From positions 10,711 to 74,710 of the forward strand of contig JANQFE010000096.1 in assembly GCA_028278025.1 (NCBI GenBank): 64,000 nucleotides of DNA, written 5' to 3'. Below the pieces are notes generated by a model. That model worked only from the letters and a program-made list of their open reading frames with translations, did no database searches and was not told the DNA's origin. A program made the translations under genes and the position numbers. This document shows, in pieces, positions 19,877 through 29,747 of this stretch (position 1 is its first letter; every line of letters starts with the position of its first letter). The DNA is from Thermodesulfobacteriota bacterium (GTDB lineage Bacteria; Desulfobacterota; WTBG01; CAIYCZ01; CAIRTM01).

Positions 19877-19904
19877 TAGTCGCAAGAAGAATGAAATTAT
19901 TCTG
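19877..19904 (-). promoter_or_regulatory. ECF-type promoter motif (CAGAAT-N16-TTGCGACTAA) upstream of the sigma/anti-sigma operon; candidate autoregulatory promoter
   Basis: 'tagtcg' at 19877-19882 and 'attctg' at 19899-19904. It lies about 570 nt upstream of the proposed sigma start. Confidence 0.5.
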
Positions 19905-20169
19905 CAGTTTTTTTATTAATAGCTGACTTATGAGGAAAATAGACAGACGTACTAAATAAGAATGAAAAAAATGCTTACAAAGAACAAAGGAAAAGAAGAT
20001 GCTGCCTGGTGGTAATTGCTATGAGCATAATTTTAAAGGAATTGTAGTGAACAAATACATTACAGAGCAGCAAAGCAGGTGCACGCAAGAAAATGTAAAA
20101 AAGGGTAATAAAGATATTCATGCAGACAACGATACGAAGAAGGGATTATTATAATGGCGATACTCTTTG

Positions 20170-22131
20170 TCAAACATCTGAGGGCGTGATCAATTCCCAT
20201 GTAACCATAAATTCATTCAGGTAAGATATCTGATCATTACTTCTGTAGCGGACGGCTATAACTTTTTCGCCGTTCAGCCATACCCGCCCATTGGAAACTG
20301 TTTGCTTCAGCGGATCATTAGGTTTGCCAAGATGCCCGGGTGTAATATAGGGGCTGATCCAAATTCCCGAAATCGCATTGTCAGGAACGATTCTATGGGT
20401 AACCACCTTGCCATTGCAGAGTTTGTAATCGATAAACATTTCACGTTCTTTATATAATAGTCGTTTCACCCGGCCAAAGAAAGTTCTTTGGAAAAACGTT
20501 TTTGCACGCAAGATTGTTTCCTGGTGCTCTGGAATAGTAATCCACTCTTCCCAGGCAGCGGTGATCGTATCGGTTTCCTCGGGCATTGAGAACAGGGGGG
20601 ACGCGCTTTTTGATAACAGCATTACATGGTTAGCTGCGAGGTGTAGGTAATAATTGCGTATGATCTCAAATATTGTGTTGGGTTCATCACTGAGCAGATA
20701 CCTATTGTCTATGCTAATGAAATTATTTTTATTGTTTTTAACGTTCCACAGGATAAAGTCAGGAGCGGAGGTGCTCTTTATAAAGTCAGCGTTTTTGGCA
20801 TCAAGCCAGGGTGTATACGCAATATAGGATTGAAAAACCGGCCGAGGATGCCAGTTTAAACTATTTGCAAAAACGTACGCTGTTTCCCAGGGATAAATAT
20901 CAACAGGGGCTTGTGAGATTGTATTGAGAATTTTTTTGTCGATAACATAGTTCTGCAAATATTTTTTTGAATAATTGTTAATATTTTTTTCAAAATTTCT
21001 TATTTTGAAGATTGTAGAAAAATTATTATACCGTTTTGAATAAAAAGATTTTTTAATATGTCTCATAAGAAAATCTTTGGTGTGAAAATATGGAAGACTG
21101 TTGATCGTTATAGTAACCAGTATCATAGAGATGATCAGCAGTAAAAGGCAGTACATTTTGTGTTTTATACTGTCGGCATATATAAACAAAATGGTGAGCA
21201 TTATAAAAATTAAAACCAGGAAATATGGAGCATGACCTACCCTGGAAAATGAGTATTTAAACCAAACAGCCATTGGTAATAAAAAAATGAAGCTAAACTT
21301 TTTAACCCGAGAGGGTTGTGACAGGATAAATATACAAATCAACAATAGTGCTATGACAAAAGGTATCCAGTTCATGGACGCACTTTTACTCATTGCACTG
21401 GAATTGCCGGAAGAAAGCTCAAGGGTTGCTATAACAAAATTATAGAGTGTTATAATGCTTCCAACGGCAATACTCCAGAGTACAACTAAGCAAAGCAAAG
21501 CGGTTCCCGCTGTTGACAAAAGCATTTTTATTTTTTTGGTAGAGGGATACCTTATAAGAATATAAGATATTAAAAATGCCAGGGAAAGGATTGTATATGC
21601 AGGTTTTACCAGGAACATAAAGGCTGATAAAAAGGCAGCAATAAAGAGAAAATGCGCTAGGTTCCATTTGTCTGCGATACATATAAGCAAAACTATAAGG
21701 GCAACGGTAATTTCACCGGTACCGAAATAGACAAGTACATTACCGAGAAAAAATGAAATTATCAGTACAGCTGTTTGTAAAAAACGGTTTGTATTGGATA
21801 TTGTTGAAAAAAGTATCTGAAAATAGCACAGTATAAAACCAAGCAGGATCAGGGTATAAAAAACAGTACCGAATAAGATATTGTGGCCGACCGGCTGCGG
21901 TACCAATAAAAAACCTAGAGGACCGTATGTAAAAAAAATATCTTTACCGACAAAAATATTATTATCAAAAAAATAATTAAGGGCTGCCTCGTAAGATGGA
22001 TCAAGGCCGGGTATGATCGGTCTTCCGATGAGATGAAAACTAAACATGAAAAACAGACCGGAGATTGCCAGGGGATAAATAATGTGCTTGTTTGGAGGAA
22101 TATCGATATTTTTTGAAACGGTCGGCGACAT
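20170..22131 (-). CDS. Polytopic integral membrane protein (more than 10 TM helices) with C-terminal soluble domain, function unknown (possibly envelope glycan-related)
   Basis: Long hydrophobic segments throughout the N-terminal 350 aa. Adjacent to an LtaS-like sulfatase-family gene. Confidence 0.55.
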   Translation of the reverse strand: MSPTVSKNIDIPPNKHIIYPLAISGLFFMFSFHLIGRPIIPGLDPSYEAALNYFFDNNIFVGKDIFFTYGPLGFLLVPQPVGHNILFGTVFYTLILLGFILCYFQILFSTISNTNRFLQTAVLIISFFLGNVLVYFGTGEITVALIVLLICIADKWNLAHFLFIAAFLSAFMFLVKPAYTILSLAFLISYILIRYPSTKKIKMLLSTAGTALLCLVVLWSIAVGSIITLYNFVIATLELSSGNSSAMSKSASMNWIPFVIALLLICIFILSQPSRVKKFSFIFLLPMAVWFKYSFSRVGHAPYFLVLIFIMLTILFIYADSIKHKMYCLLLLIISMILVTITINSLPYFHTKDFLMRHIKKSFYSKRYNNFSTIFKIRNFEKNINNYSKKYLQNYVIDKKILNTISQAPVDIYPWETAYVFANSLNWHPRPVFQSYIAYTPWLDAKNADFIKSTSAPDFILWNVKNNKNNFISIDNRYLLSDEPNTIFEIIRNYYLHLAANHVMLLSKSASPLFSMPEETDTITAAWEEWITIPEHQETILRAKTFFQRTFFGRVKRLLYKEREMFIDYKLCNGKVVTHRIVPDNAISGIWISPYITPGHLGKPNDPLKQTVSNGRVWLNGEKVIAVRYRSNDQISYLNEFMVTWELITPSDV

Positions 22132-22190
22132 TTTTTAGAAAAAAAGTTTTTTCATCAAATAGCCACAAATGATCATAGTAATATATACTC

Positions 22191-22325
22191 TCCTTCGCCG
22201 GAATGCCCGTCCGGAAGGGCGGGATGAATGGCGAGGAGAACCCTGCGTAGCTTCAGCGTAGGAGGGCGCAAGGCTACGGGGAGTTCCGCAATTCTTATAA
22301 ATAGTAGGATGCCCCGCGCTGTGCT
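22191..22325. repeat. GC-rich structured element in the 3' region of the sulfatase-like gene (multiple short GC stems); REP-like or small RNA
   Basis: Sharp GC jump against AT-rich flanks. Stems such as gccc-g-tccgga-a-gggc and ccctgcgtagc...gctacgggg. The overlapping 64-aa ORF is Arg/Pro-rich, a GC artifact. Confidence 0.35.
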
Positions 22326-24059
22326 TCACTGTATATATCCAAGCTGTTTCAATTGTTCAATCTGCTCTTTATCATAAGAGATAGGGCCTTCTGAATTTTT
22401 TGAGGCGTGCCCTTGCACGATGATTGAATGCAGCTGTTCCGACTCTGCAATTTTTTCTGCAATTTTTTCAGTAAGTGTCTTTTTGATAGGAATATTGTTA
22501 GCTGCAAGATTGTTTTGCTCAAGAGGATCGTTTTCTATATTGAACAGCTTCAGCCTTTTTTCTTCCAGTCCCTGATCGCTCATCAATTTCCAGCGCTTTG
22601 ACCGGACAAAGAAACTACCTTTCAAGTTAAAACCATACACATATTCTTTACCCTCACCATTACCGTATAACAGATTTTTAAAGCTTTTTCCCTGAACACG
22701 TGCAGGTGTTGTAATATCCAGCAAGTCAAGTGTTGACGGCATTATATCAATTGATTCCACTAACCCTGCAATTCTTCTTTTATCGGCAGATTGTATTGGG
22801 CTGCCGTGTGGCAGTTTAATGATTAAAGGAACATGTATAAGCTCGTCATAATAATACGGATTGCTGTGAAGCAGATAACCATGCTCCTGGAACTCTTCGC
22901 CATGGTCTGAAGTAATGATTATCAGGGAGTTTTCATAGAGATCAAGTTCTTTAAGCATGGCAAAAAAGTCCCCAATACACTGATCCATGTAGGCAATGCT
23001 ATTATCATACAGTGCAGCAAGGTAGTCTAATTGCTCTTTAGTTAAGGCCTGTTGACGCTTATTTATGTGAACCATTGCGATAGAGGCGGATTCTTCAGTA
23101 AATCCAAGGTCAATCGAATTCAATTTTGTAAACAGAGTATTAAAAGGGGGGGGTGAGCTATAGGGAGTTTGGCCGTGGTCGGAGTGTACATCGAAAAAAT
23201 GCACAAAGAGAAAAAAGTTCTTCTTAACATTTTTTTGCAAATAGTTTTTTATAAAAACGGTTTGAAATTCAGCATTTCTAGAAGGCTCGCTAGGACTGTA
23301 ATTAAAAAGCTTTATATATGAATCAAACCCCTGATAAAATCCCGCTTGTGCATCCATAAAAATGCCGGCATTTGCAAAAGCCAATGTCTGGAAGCCTTCA
23401 TTCTTAAGAACTTCAGCCAACGTTACAAATGCAGGACTTAAGGCCCTCCCGGTATAAAGATCAACCTTTTGAGTGATAGGGTAAAGAGAAGTAAGCATAG
23501 ACATGTGTGAAGTGAGCGTCCAGGGTTCATGTACAAAACAGTTTTCAAACAAAATATTATCTTTTGCAAAAGCGTCAAGATAGGGGGACGTGTTACGGGT
23601 GTATCCATAGCAACCCAAATGATCGGCTCTGAGGTCATCAATTGAAATAAGTATAATGTTGGGATAGTGGGGTGTGCGATCAATAACTGCTATAACCACT
23701 ATATTAAAAGATACAACACCCGCTAAAAGTATGTATGCAGGCATCCTAACCCAGGTGCGGTCAAACAATGCTGCATATCGTGTAAAATATACTGTTATAG
23801 GCTTTTTGTAAAGCAGTTGAAAGCAGTACAGAGCGCCTAACAAAATTACTATGATGCAGACAGCGCATATACATGCTGCCAGCAACCAGTAATTAAGATT
23901 CTCCTGGAAAGAATAAAAAATAAGTCTGTTTAAATTATGGGTGCTATAATTGTTGAGCGTAACGACCTGTGCTGCTTTGACTGCACCAATAACAGATCCA
24001 ATAATGACCGCTAAGCACAGCGGTCCTCGACATGCCTTTTTCCACATAATACCTTCCAA
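22326..24059 (-). CDS. Membrane-anchored sulfatase / alkaline-phosphatase-superfamily protein (LtaS/phosphoglycerol-transferase-like)
   Basis: N-terminal TM helices. 'ILISIDDLRADHLGCYGY', the sulfatase-family metal-binding N-terminal motif. 'ITSDHGEEF'. Confidence 0.75.
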   Translation of the reverse strand: MEGIMWKKACRGPLCLAVIIGSVIGAVKAAQVVTLNNYSTHNLNRLIFYSFQENLNYWLLAACICAVCIIVILLGALYCFQLLYKKPITVYFTRYAALFDRTWVRMPAYILLAGVVSFNIVVIAVIDRTPHYPNIILISIDDLRADHLGCYGYTRNTSPYLDAFAKDNILFENCFVHEPWTLTSHMSMLTSLYPITQKVDLYTGRALSPAFVTLAEVLKNEGFQTLAFANAGIFMDAQAGFYQGFDSYIKLFNYSPSEPSRNAEFQTVFIKNYLQKNVKKNFFLFVHFFDVHSDHGQTPYSSPPPFNTLFTKLNSIDLGFTEESASIAMVHINKRQQALTKEQLDYLAALYDNSIAYMDQCIGDFFAMLKELDLYENSLIIITSDHGEEFQEHGYLLHSNPYYYDELIHVPLIIKLPHGSPIQSADKRRIAGLVESIDIMPSTLDLLDITTPARVQGKSFKNLLYGNGEGKEYVYGFNLKGSFFVRSKRWKLMSDQGLEEKRLKLFNIENDPLEQNNLAANNIPIKKTLTEKIAEKIAESEQLHSIIVQGHASKNSEGPISYDKEQIEQLKQLGYIQ

Positions 24060-24114
24060 AATTTTGGTTAGTGCTCTGACACAATATACAAATTATTAAA
24101 AAACAAAACAACAT

Positions 24115-25680
24115 TTAATCTTTTTCTCCAAACCCTCCGCCACCGGGAGTTTCAATACGCAGGTGATCACCTTTGTATAAGGTCATATTGAATTTGCCGG
24201 GTTTATGCTTTGTAACGCCGTTTTTTATGACACTGTTTTTACCAGGCTGTCCATGACTGCCGCCAAAAAGACCATAGGGAGCGTGTGTGCGTCTTTCAGA
24301 CAAAACGGTTACCTCGGCATCTGAAAGCAGTTGTATCTCGCGCACAACACCATCACCTCCATTAGACCGCCCTCTGCCGCCGGATCCCCTGCGCACCGAA
24401 TATTCTTTTACGAGAAAAGGGCAGGTGTATTCTAAAGCCTCTACCGGTGTGTTCAGAGTATTTGTCATGTGGGAATGAACTGCACTTTCACCATGATGTC
24501 CTGCTGTTGCACCCATTCCCCCTGCAATGGTTTCGTAGTAGGCAAATGGTTTCCCGGTTCTATGGTCAAGACCGCCGATAGCAACGTTGTTCATGGTACC
24601 CTGACTTGCAGCAGGAATGCTACCAGGAAGTGCCTGCGACAGGGCTCCCAGGACCAGATCGACAATCCTCTGCGATGTTTCAACATTACCGCCGGCAACA
24701 GCGGCAGGAAATCGTGCATCAACAATGGAACCTTTTTCTGTAGTTATGCTGATAGGCCGCAGGCAGCCTGCATTAGCGGGAATGTCTTCGGTAACCAGAC
24801 ATCTAGATGTATACAAAACGGCAGAGAGCGTTATAGCATAGACCGCATTAATACAACCTGAAACCTGGGGTGCTGACTGTGAAAAATCCAGAACAGCATT
24901 TTCGTTGTTAATCTCAAGCATAAGACTAAGAGGAATATGCTCTGAGGAAAATCCGTCGTCATCCATAACATCTTCAAACCGGTAGAGACCATCGGGGATA
25001 CTTTTAATGGTTTTGCGCATAATGCGTTCAGCATAGTCCATGAGGCTGCGAGAGTAAAAAAACACGGTTTCAAAACCAAATTTGTCGATAAGCTGTTTCA
25101 TCCGGCGGACGCCCGTCGTATTTGCCATGATCTGAGCGGCAAAATCTCCTTCCCGTTCTGTCGGGGTCCTCACATTGCTTAAAAAAAAGTCCATAACTTT
25201 TCTGTCTATATTACCCCGGTCAACAAGTTTTAAGGGTGGTATAATCAAACCTTCCTGATAAATAGATGATGAAAGCGGCATGGATCCCGAACTTATCCCG
25301 CCAACATCTGCATGATGGGCACGGTTGGCAATATAAAAGGATGGTGAATCGTCCCGGACAAACACAGGTGCTACAAGTGTAATATCCGGTAAATGAGTAC
25401 CCCCTTTATAAGGGTCATTTAATATTACCATATCTCCCTCGCTGAAGACCGTACTTTCTATGGCAGATTTTACCGATAAAGGCATGGAGCCAAGATGTAC
25501 AGGTATATGGGCAGCCTGGGCGATCATGTCACCCTGCTGATCAAATACTGCACAGGAACAGTCCCGTCTCTCTTTGATATTTGGCGAAAAAGATGTGCGC
25601 GTTAGGGTGACCCCCATCTCTTCTGCAATGGAAGCAAAACGGTGTTTAAAAAGTTCAAGGAGAATGGGGTTTGGCAGCAT
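24115..25680 (-). CDS. hyuB: Hydantoinase B / 5-oxoprolinase (HyuB) family protein; could be an acetone/acetophenone-carboxylase-type subunit
   Basis: Whole-length HyuB-like sequence ('...LTRTSFSPNIKERRDCSCAVFD...'). Confidence 0.85.
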   Translation of the reverse strand: MLPNPILLELFKHRFASIAEEMGVTLTRTSFSPNIKERRDCSCAVFDQQGDMIAQAAHIPVHLGSMPLSVKSAIESTVFSEGDMVILNDPYKGGTHLPDITLVAPVFVRDDSPSFYIANRAHHADVGGISSGSMPLSSSIYQEGLIIPPLKLVDRGNIDRKVMDFFLSNVRTPTEREGDFAAQIMANTTGVRRMKQLIDKFGFETVFFYSRSLMDYAERIMRKTIKSIPDGLYRFEDVMDDDGFSSEHIPLSLMLEINNENAVLDFSQSAPQVSGCINAVYAITLSAVLYTSRCLVTEDIPANAGCLRPISITTEKGSIVDARFPAAVAGGNVETSQRIVDLVLGALSQALPGSIPAASQGTMNNVAIGGLDHRTGKPFAYYETIAGGMGATAGHHGESAVHSHMTNTLNTPVEALEYTCPFLVKEYSVRRGSGGRGRSNGGDGVVREIQLLSDAEVTVLSERRTHAPYGLFGGSHGQPGKNSVIKNGVTKHKPGKFNMTLYKGDHLRIETPGGGGFGEKD

Positions 25681-25821
25681 TTTTTTTAATGTTTATGTTT
25701 AATATACTGTAATTATCTACCGCATTGAGCAGCGCACCGATCAAGCCGTTTTTTCCAACGTAGGTTGTGACTATCATCCAGTGATATTAACTTTAGGACT
25801 CGTAAAACATAACACGCTATA

Positions 25822-27807
25822 TTAGGTGATTTCCATTACTATATTTCCAAACTCATCAACAACTGCACTGGCAAAAGGTGGCATAACAATAGTGCCGGAA
25901 TATTCTACGATAACAGCAGGCCCTGTTAACTGATTTCCGCTAAGGAGATGGTCACGTTTGATAATTTTTGTGCGGCGATTTTTTCCTTCAAAAAAAGTAT
26001 CTTTTTCTCCCAGCACGGCCTCATCAGGAGCATGTCTACCACCGGCTTTTTGTCTTTTTACAGCAGGTTTTTCCACTGTCCCTATGGCTCTGAGTCTGGT
26101 ACCTACAATTTCTACGGGCATACTATTGTTTCTGTGCCCATAGGTTTGTTCATGAAGAGCATGAAAGCTTTCAATAAAATCGTACCTGTAAGGTACAAGA
26201 ATTTCAAAGGATTGGCCTTTATAGCGCATATCAAGTCCGTGCTCAAAAGTAATTTTGTCATGATTGATCCCTTCAGATGCAAGTTCCGAAATTGCTTTAT
26301 TTTCAAGTTCCTTAACATACTTGTCCAGGTCAGAAGATTCTGTTTGCAGAGCATCAAGCATGACCGTACGCGAATAATCTTTTATAATATCAGCCAATAG
26401 CATGCCGATTGCAGACAGTATTCCCGGGTTTTGCGGAATGATGACCCGAGGGATATTAAGAAGATGTGCAAGAAATGCTGCGTGCATGCCGCCGGCCCCA
26501 CCGAAAGCAAAAAGCGAAAAATCCCGGGGATCATGGCCCCGTTCAACTGATATGACCCGGATGGCACGTTCCATACATGTGTTGGCAACATCAAGGATAC
26601 CTTCTGCAAGTTCTACAGAGGTTAAGCCAAGCTTTTTAGACATAAGCTCAAAAAACGAATCAAGCCGGGTATACTGCAAACTCATGGCGCCACCCAAAAA
26701 GTGTTCAGCAATGAGCCTACCAAGATACAAATGTGCATCAGTAACCGTAATCTGATTACCCTTACCGTAGCATATCGGTCCAGGGTCTGCTCCGGCACTT
26801 TTCGGACCGACCTGTAAAGAACCACCGGTATCGATTCGGGCGATAGATCCACCACCGGCACCCACGGTATGAATATCAATCATGGGGAGCTTAAGCGGAT
26901 ATTCTGAGATAGTTGACTCCAGAGTAAGTGATGGTTTTTGCAGAATCAGAGAGACATCAGTAGATGTGCCGCCCATGTCTAAGGTTATAAGATTTGTAAA
27001 GCCGGCAATTTTGCCAATTTCATAAGCACCTATGACCCCTCCCGCGGGACCGGACAGTATGGTTCGTGCTGATTCATTCATTGCGGTAGAGGCAGATATG
27101 CTGCCTCCATTAGATTGCATGATCCTGAGAATATCTTGAGGGGAAAACTCAGTTTGCATACCGTCAAGATATTTTTTCATGATTGGTGATACATAGGCAT
27201 TAATTACGGTAGTAGATGTCCTTTCAAATTCACGGAATTCTGCGAGGATTTCATGCGAAAGGGAAACAGACATGTTCAGTTTCGATAACAGCTCACCTAG
27301 GTGCTTTTCATGACAGGGATTTGTATAAGAAAACAATAAACATACGGCAACTGATTCAGCACCGGTTTCATGTACAGAATTGACTACACGTTGAAGCTCC
27401 GCAGGGTCAAGTTCTTCCAAAACCATGCCGCTATACAGTATTCGTCCTGTAATTCCAAAACGCAAACTGTACGGTACAATACAGGGTGTTTTTTTATAGG
27501 CTAGATCATAAAGCCTGCTTCTGTTTTGACGGCCTATTTCAATAACATCTTCAAAACCTTTATTGGCAATCAGGGCTGTTTTGACTCCTTTCCTTTCCAG
27601 GATTGCATTTGTTGCTACAGTTGAACCGTGCACAACCTGTTTAGGTGTGCCGGCAGCAAGCATCCTGAGCCCTTTAATGACGGCCTTGGAAGGATTGTGC
27701 GGGGTAGAGAGGACTTTATGCACACCCCAGCCGTTGTTGTCTTTAAAAACAAAGTCAGTAAATGTGCCACCGGTATCCACACCGATAATAATATGAGATG
27801 ATTGCAT
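25822..27807 (-). CDS. hyuA: Hydantoinase A / 5-oxoprolinase (HyuA) family protein
   Basis: 'IIGVDTGGTFTDFVF', the HyuA N-terminal ATPase motif. Length 661 aa. Adjacent to hyuB. Confidence 0.85.
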   Translation of the reverse strand: MQSSHIIIGVDTGGTFTDFVFKDNNGWGVHKVLSTPHNPSKAVIKGLRMLAAGTPKQVVHGSTVATNAILERKGVKTALIANKGFEDVIEIGRQNRSRLYDLAYKKTPCIVPYSLRFGITGRILYSGMVLEELDPAELQRVVNSVHETGAESVAVCLLFSYTNPCHEKHLGELLSKLNMSVSLSHEILAEFREFERTSTTVINAYVSPIMKKYLDGMQTEFSPQDILRIMQSNGGSISASTAMNESARTILSGPAGGVIGAYEIGKIAGFTNLITLDMGGTSTDVSLILQKPSLTLESTISEYPLKLPMIDIHTVGAGGGSIARIDTGGSLQVGPKSAGADPGPICYGKGNQITVTDAHLYLGRLIAEHFLGGAMSLQYTRLDSFFELMSKKLGLTSVELAEGILDVANTCMERAIRVISVERGHDPRDFSLFAFGGAGGMHAAFLAHLLNIPRVIIPQNPGILSAIGMLLADIIKDYSRTVMLDALQTESSDLDKYVKELENKAISELASEGINHDKITFEHGLDMRYKGQSFEILVPYRYDFIESFHALHEQTYGHRNNSMPVEIVGTRLRAIGTVEKPAVKRQKAGGRHAPDEAVLGEKDTFFEGKNRRTKIIKRDHLLSGNQLTGPAVIVEYSGTIVMPPFASAVVDEFGNIVMEIT

Positions 27808-28035
27808 CCGGCTATTGAATCCAAGTCATTGAATTTGTATAACAAAACAGCTCTTGCCTACAGGAGTACAGGCTGTTCGGTTTGAAGTGATGTTTGTAAT
27901 GCAAAATATCTTATTTTGATCATGCATGAAAAGCAATAACTTTTCATTGACAAAAAATGTTTGTAACAGTACAGAACATAAGCAACGTCTGTGCTTATGA
28001 ACTAAATAAAAAAATTGTGTAAATATTTAATATAA

Positions 28036-28497
28036 CTATTCACCAATAATTTTCACCAGTACACGTTTTTTTCTTCTACCGTCAAATTCACCATAAAAGA
28101 TCTGCTCCCAGGGCCCAAAGTCAAGCTTTCCTTTTGTTATGGCAACCACTACTTCACGGCCCATAACCTGACGTTTTAAATGTGCATCTCCATTGTCTTC
28201 ACCGGTACGGTTATGCAGATACTGAGATACAGGTTCATGGGGTGCCAACTTTTCAAGCCACTTTTCATAATCCTGGTGCAGGCCGGATTCATTATCATTA
28301 ATAAAAACGGAAGCAGTTATGTGCATTGCATTAACCAGGGCCAAGCCCTCAGTAATGCCGCTTTCCATGAGACAGGCTTCAACATCATGAGTAATGTTAA
28401 CAAATGCCCGGCGGGTTTTTATGTTGAACCAGAGTTCCTTGCGATAGCTTTTCATGGGGGATCTCCTCACAGTATAAATTTTTTTTTGGTTTAACAT
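28036..28497 (-). CDS. yjbQ: YjbQ/UPF0047 family protein (secondary thiamine-phosphate synthase-like)
   Basis: '[18 protein letters not shown]...[42 protein letters not shown]' matches the family signature. Confidence 0.8.
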   Translation of the reverse strand: MLNQKKIYTVRRSPMKSYRKELWFNIKTRRAFVNITHDVEACLMESGITEGLALVNAMHITASVFINDNESGLHQDYEKWLEKLAPHEPVSQYLHNRTGEDNGDAHLKRQVMGREVVVAITKGKLDFGPWEQIFYGEFDGRRKKRVLVKIIGE

Positions 28498-28604
28498 TTA
28501 GTATGTTCATTAATAATAAGTCTATAATAACTATGCCGCAAAACATTACAACAATTTTTTAGTACGTACAACTATTACACATTGATATTTTATTTTTTCG
28601 TATA

Positions 28605-28721
28605 CGTTGGCCCCCTTTGGTTTGATTGCTGCGGGCTATATGCTCGCTGAAAAAAGCTTAAAGCTTTCATCACGGCCCGTGTTCACACCGCCCTTACGGC
28701 TCAAGCCAAGGGGGGCCAACG
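28605..28721. repeat. About 117-nt GC-rich palindromic element (copy 1); long imperfect hairpin with arms cgttggccccctttggtttga / tcaagccaaggggggccaacg
   Basis: Read directly. It shares a core (ggttt(t)gattgctgcgggcta..tgctcgctg ... caccgccctt..gctcaa) with copy 2. Confidence 0.5.
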
Positions 28722-28888
28722 TATGAAACACAATTTTAATTTGAGGATTACTCAAATTAAAATGTGACGCTGTAGACAGGCTGTATTGATAGTGCATTGC
28801 AAAACACAACATAACAAGCATTGTGAAAAAAGATAATTGTGCTAGAGTACTTATACAGTGCAAGATAGAATAACAAAGGAGCATATTC

Positions 28889-29683
28889 ATGATTATTGAT
28901 ATTCACAATCACGTGACTGTCAAGCACAGTCCTTTTCATTTATCAGCCGAAGAATACATTAAAGCAATGGATGACGCGGGCGTAGATAAGATTGTTATTC
29001 TTGGTAAGGATTATGGGATGCTGGGAGACAGACAGAACAATAACCTTCCTGATGAAGATGTAACTGATTTTATTGAGCAGTATCCTGACCGCTTTATTGG
29101 ATTTACAGCGGCCCATCCAGACAGGGAAATTTCACAGAATGTAGAGCGCATTGAGCGGGCTGTGCATGACCTTGGTTTTAAGGGAATAAAACTTAACCCT
29201 GCTGCCGGGTTTTATCCTAATGATGAACGGCTTTATCCTGTTTATGAAAAAGCATCAGAGCTGGGGATACCGGTTGTGATTCATATGGGTGTAAAGCCGC
29301 CGGCAGAGGGGTGCCGCCTAAAGTTTTGTAATCCGCTGTCGCTTGATGATATAACCGTTGATTTTTCCGACCTTAAGCTGGTTGTGGCCCATGCAGGCTA
29401 TCCCTGGGTAGAGGAGACAATCATGGTCGGGCTGTATGCCGAAAATGTGTTTGTTGATATTTCCACCCTTAATCAGATAGAAGAAACTCTCGGGTATGAT
29501 GTGGTTTTACCGACACTTCGCAAACTAACCAGTTCACTGGGAAGCAGAAGGGTAGTATTCGGCTCGGATGGTATTTTTAATTTTGAACCGCTTATTGATA
29601 GTGTTAAAAATGCGGATTTTCTTTCAGAAAGTGATAAGGAAAGAATCTTGTGGCAGAATGCAAAAGAAATTTTGGGATTGTAA
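28889..29683 (+). CDS. Amidohydrolase-2 family (TIM-barrel metal-dependent hydrolase)
   Basis: 'MIIDIHNHV', the metal-binding HxH N-terminus. Length 264 aa. AGGAG SD. Confidence 0.75.
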   Translation: MIIDIHNHVTVKHSPFHLSAEEYIKAMDDAGVDKIVILGKDYGMLGDRQNNNLPDEDVTDFIEQYPDRFIGFTAAHPDREISQNVERIERAVHDLGFKGIKLNPAAGFYPNDERLYPVYEKASELGIPVVIHMGVKPPAEGCRLKFCNPLSLDDITVDFSDLKLVVAHAGYPWVEETIMVGLYAENVFVDISTLNQIEETLGYDVVLPTLRKLTSSLGSRRVVFGSDGIFNFEPLIDSVKNADFLSESDKERILWQNAKEILGL

Positions 29684-29747
29684 ACATACTAAAAAATGTA
29701 TTGCATTGCAGTAGTAGTTCATGACACTTTAATTTTTTATTTGATCG

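Noticed and set aside
22135-22329. 64-aa Arg/Pro-rich ORF
   Set aside because: It lies wholly inside the GC-rich structured element, and its composition is dictated by GC content. It has no SD.
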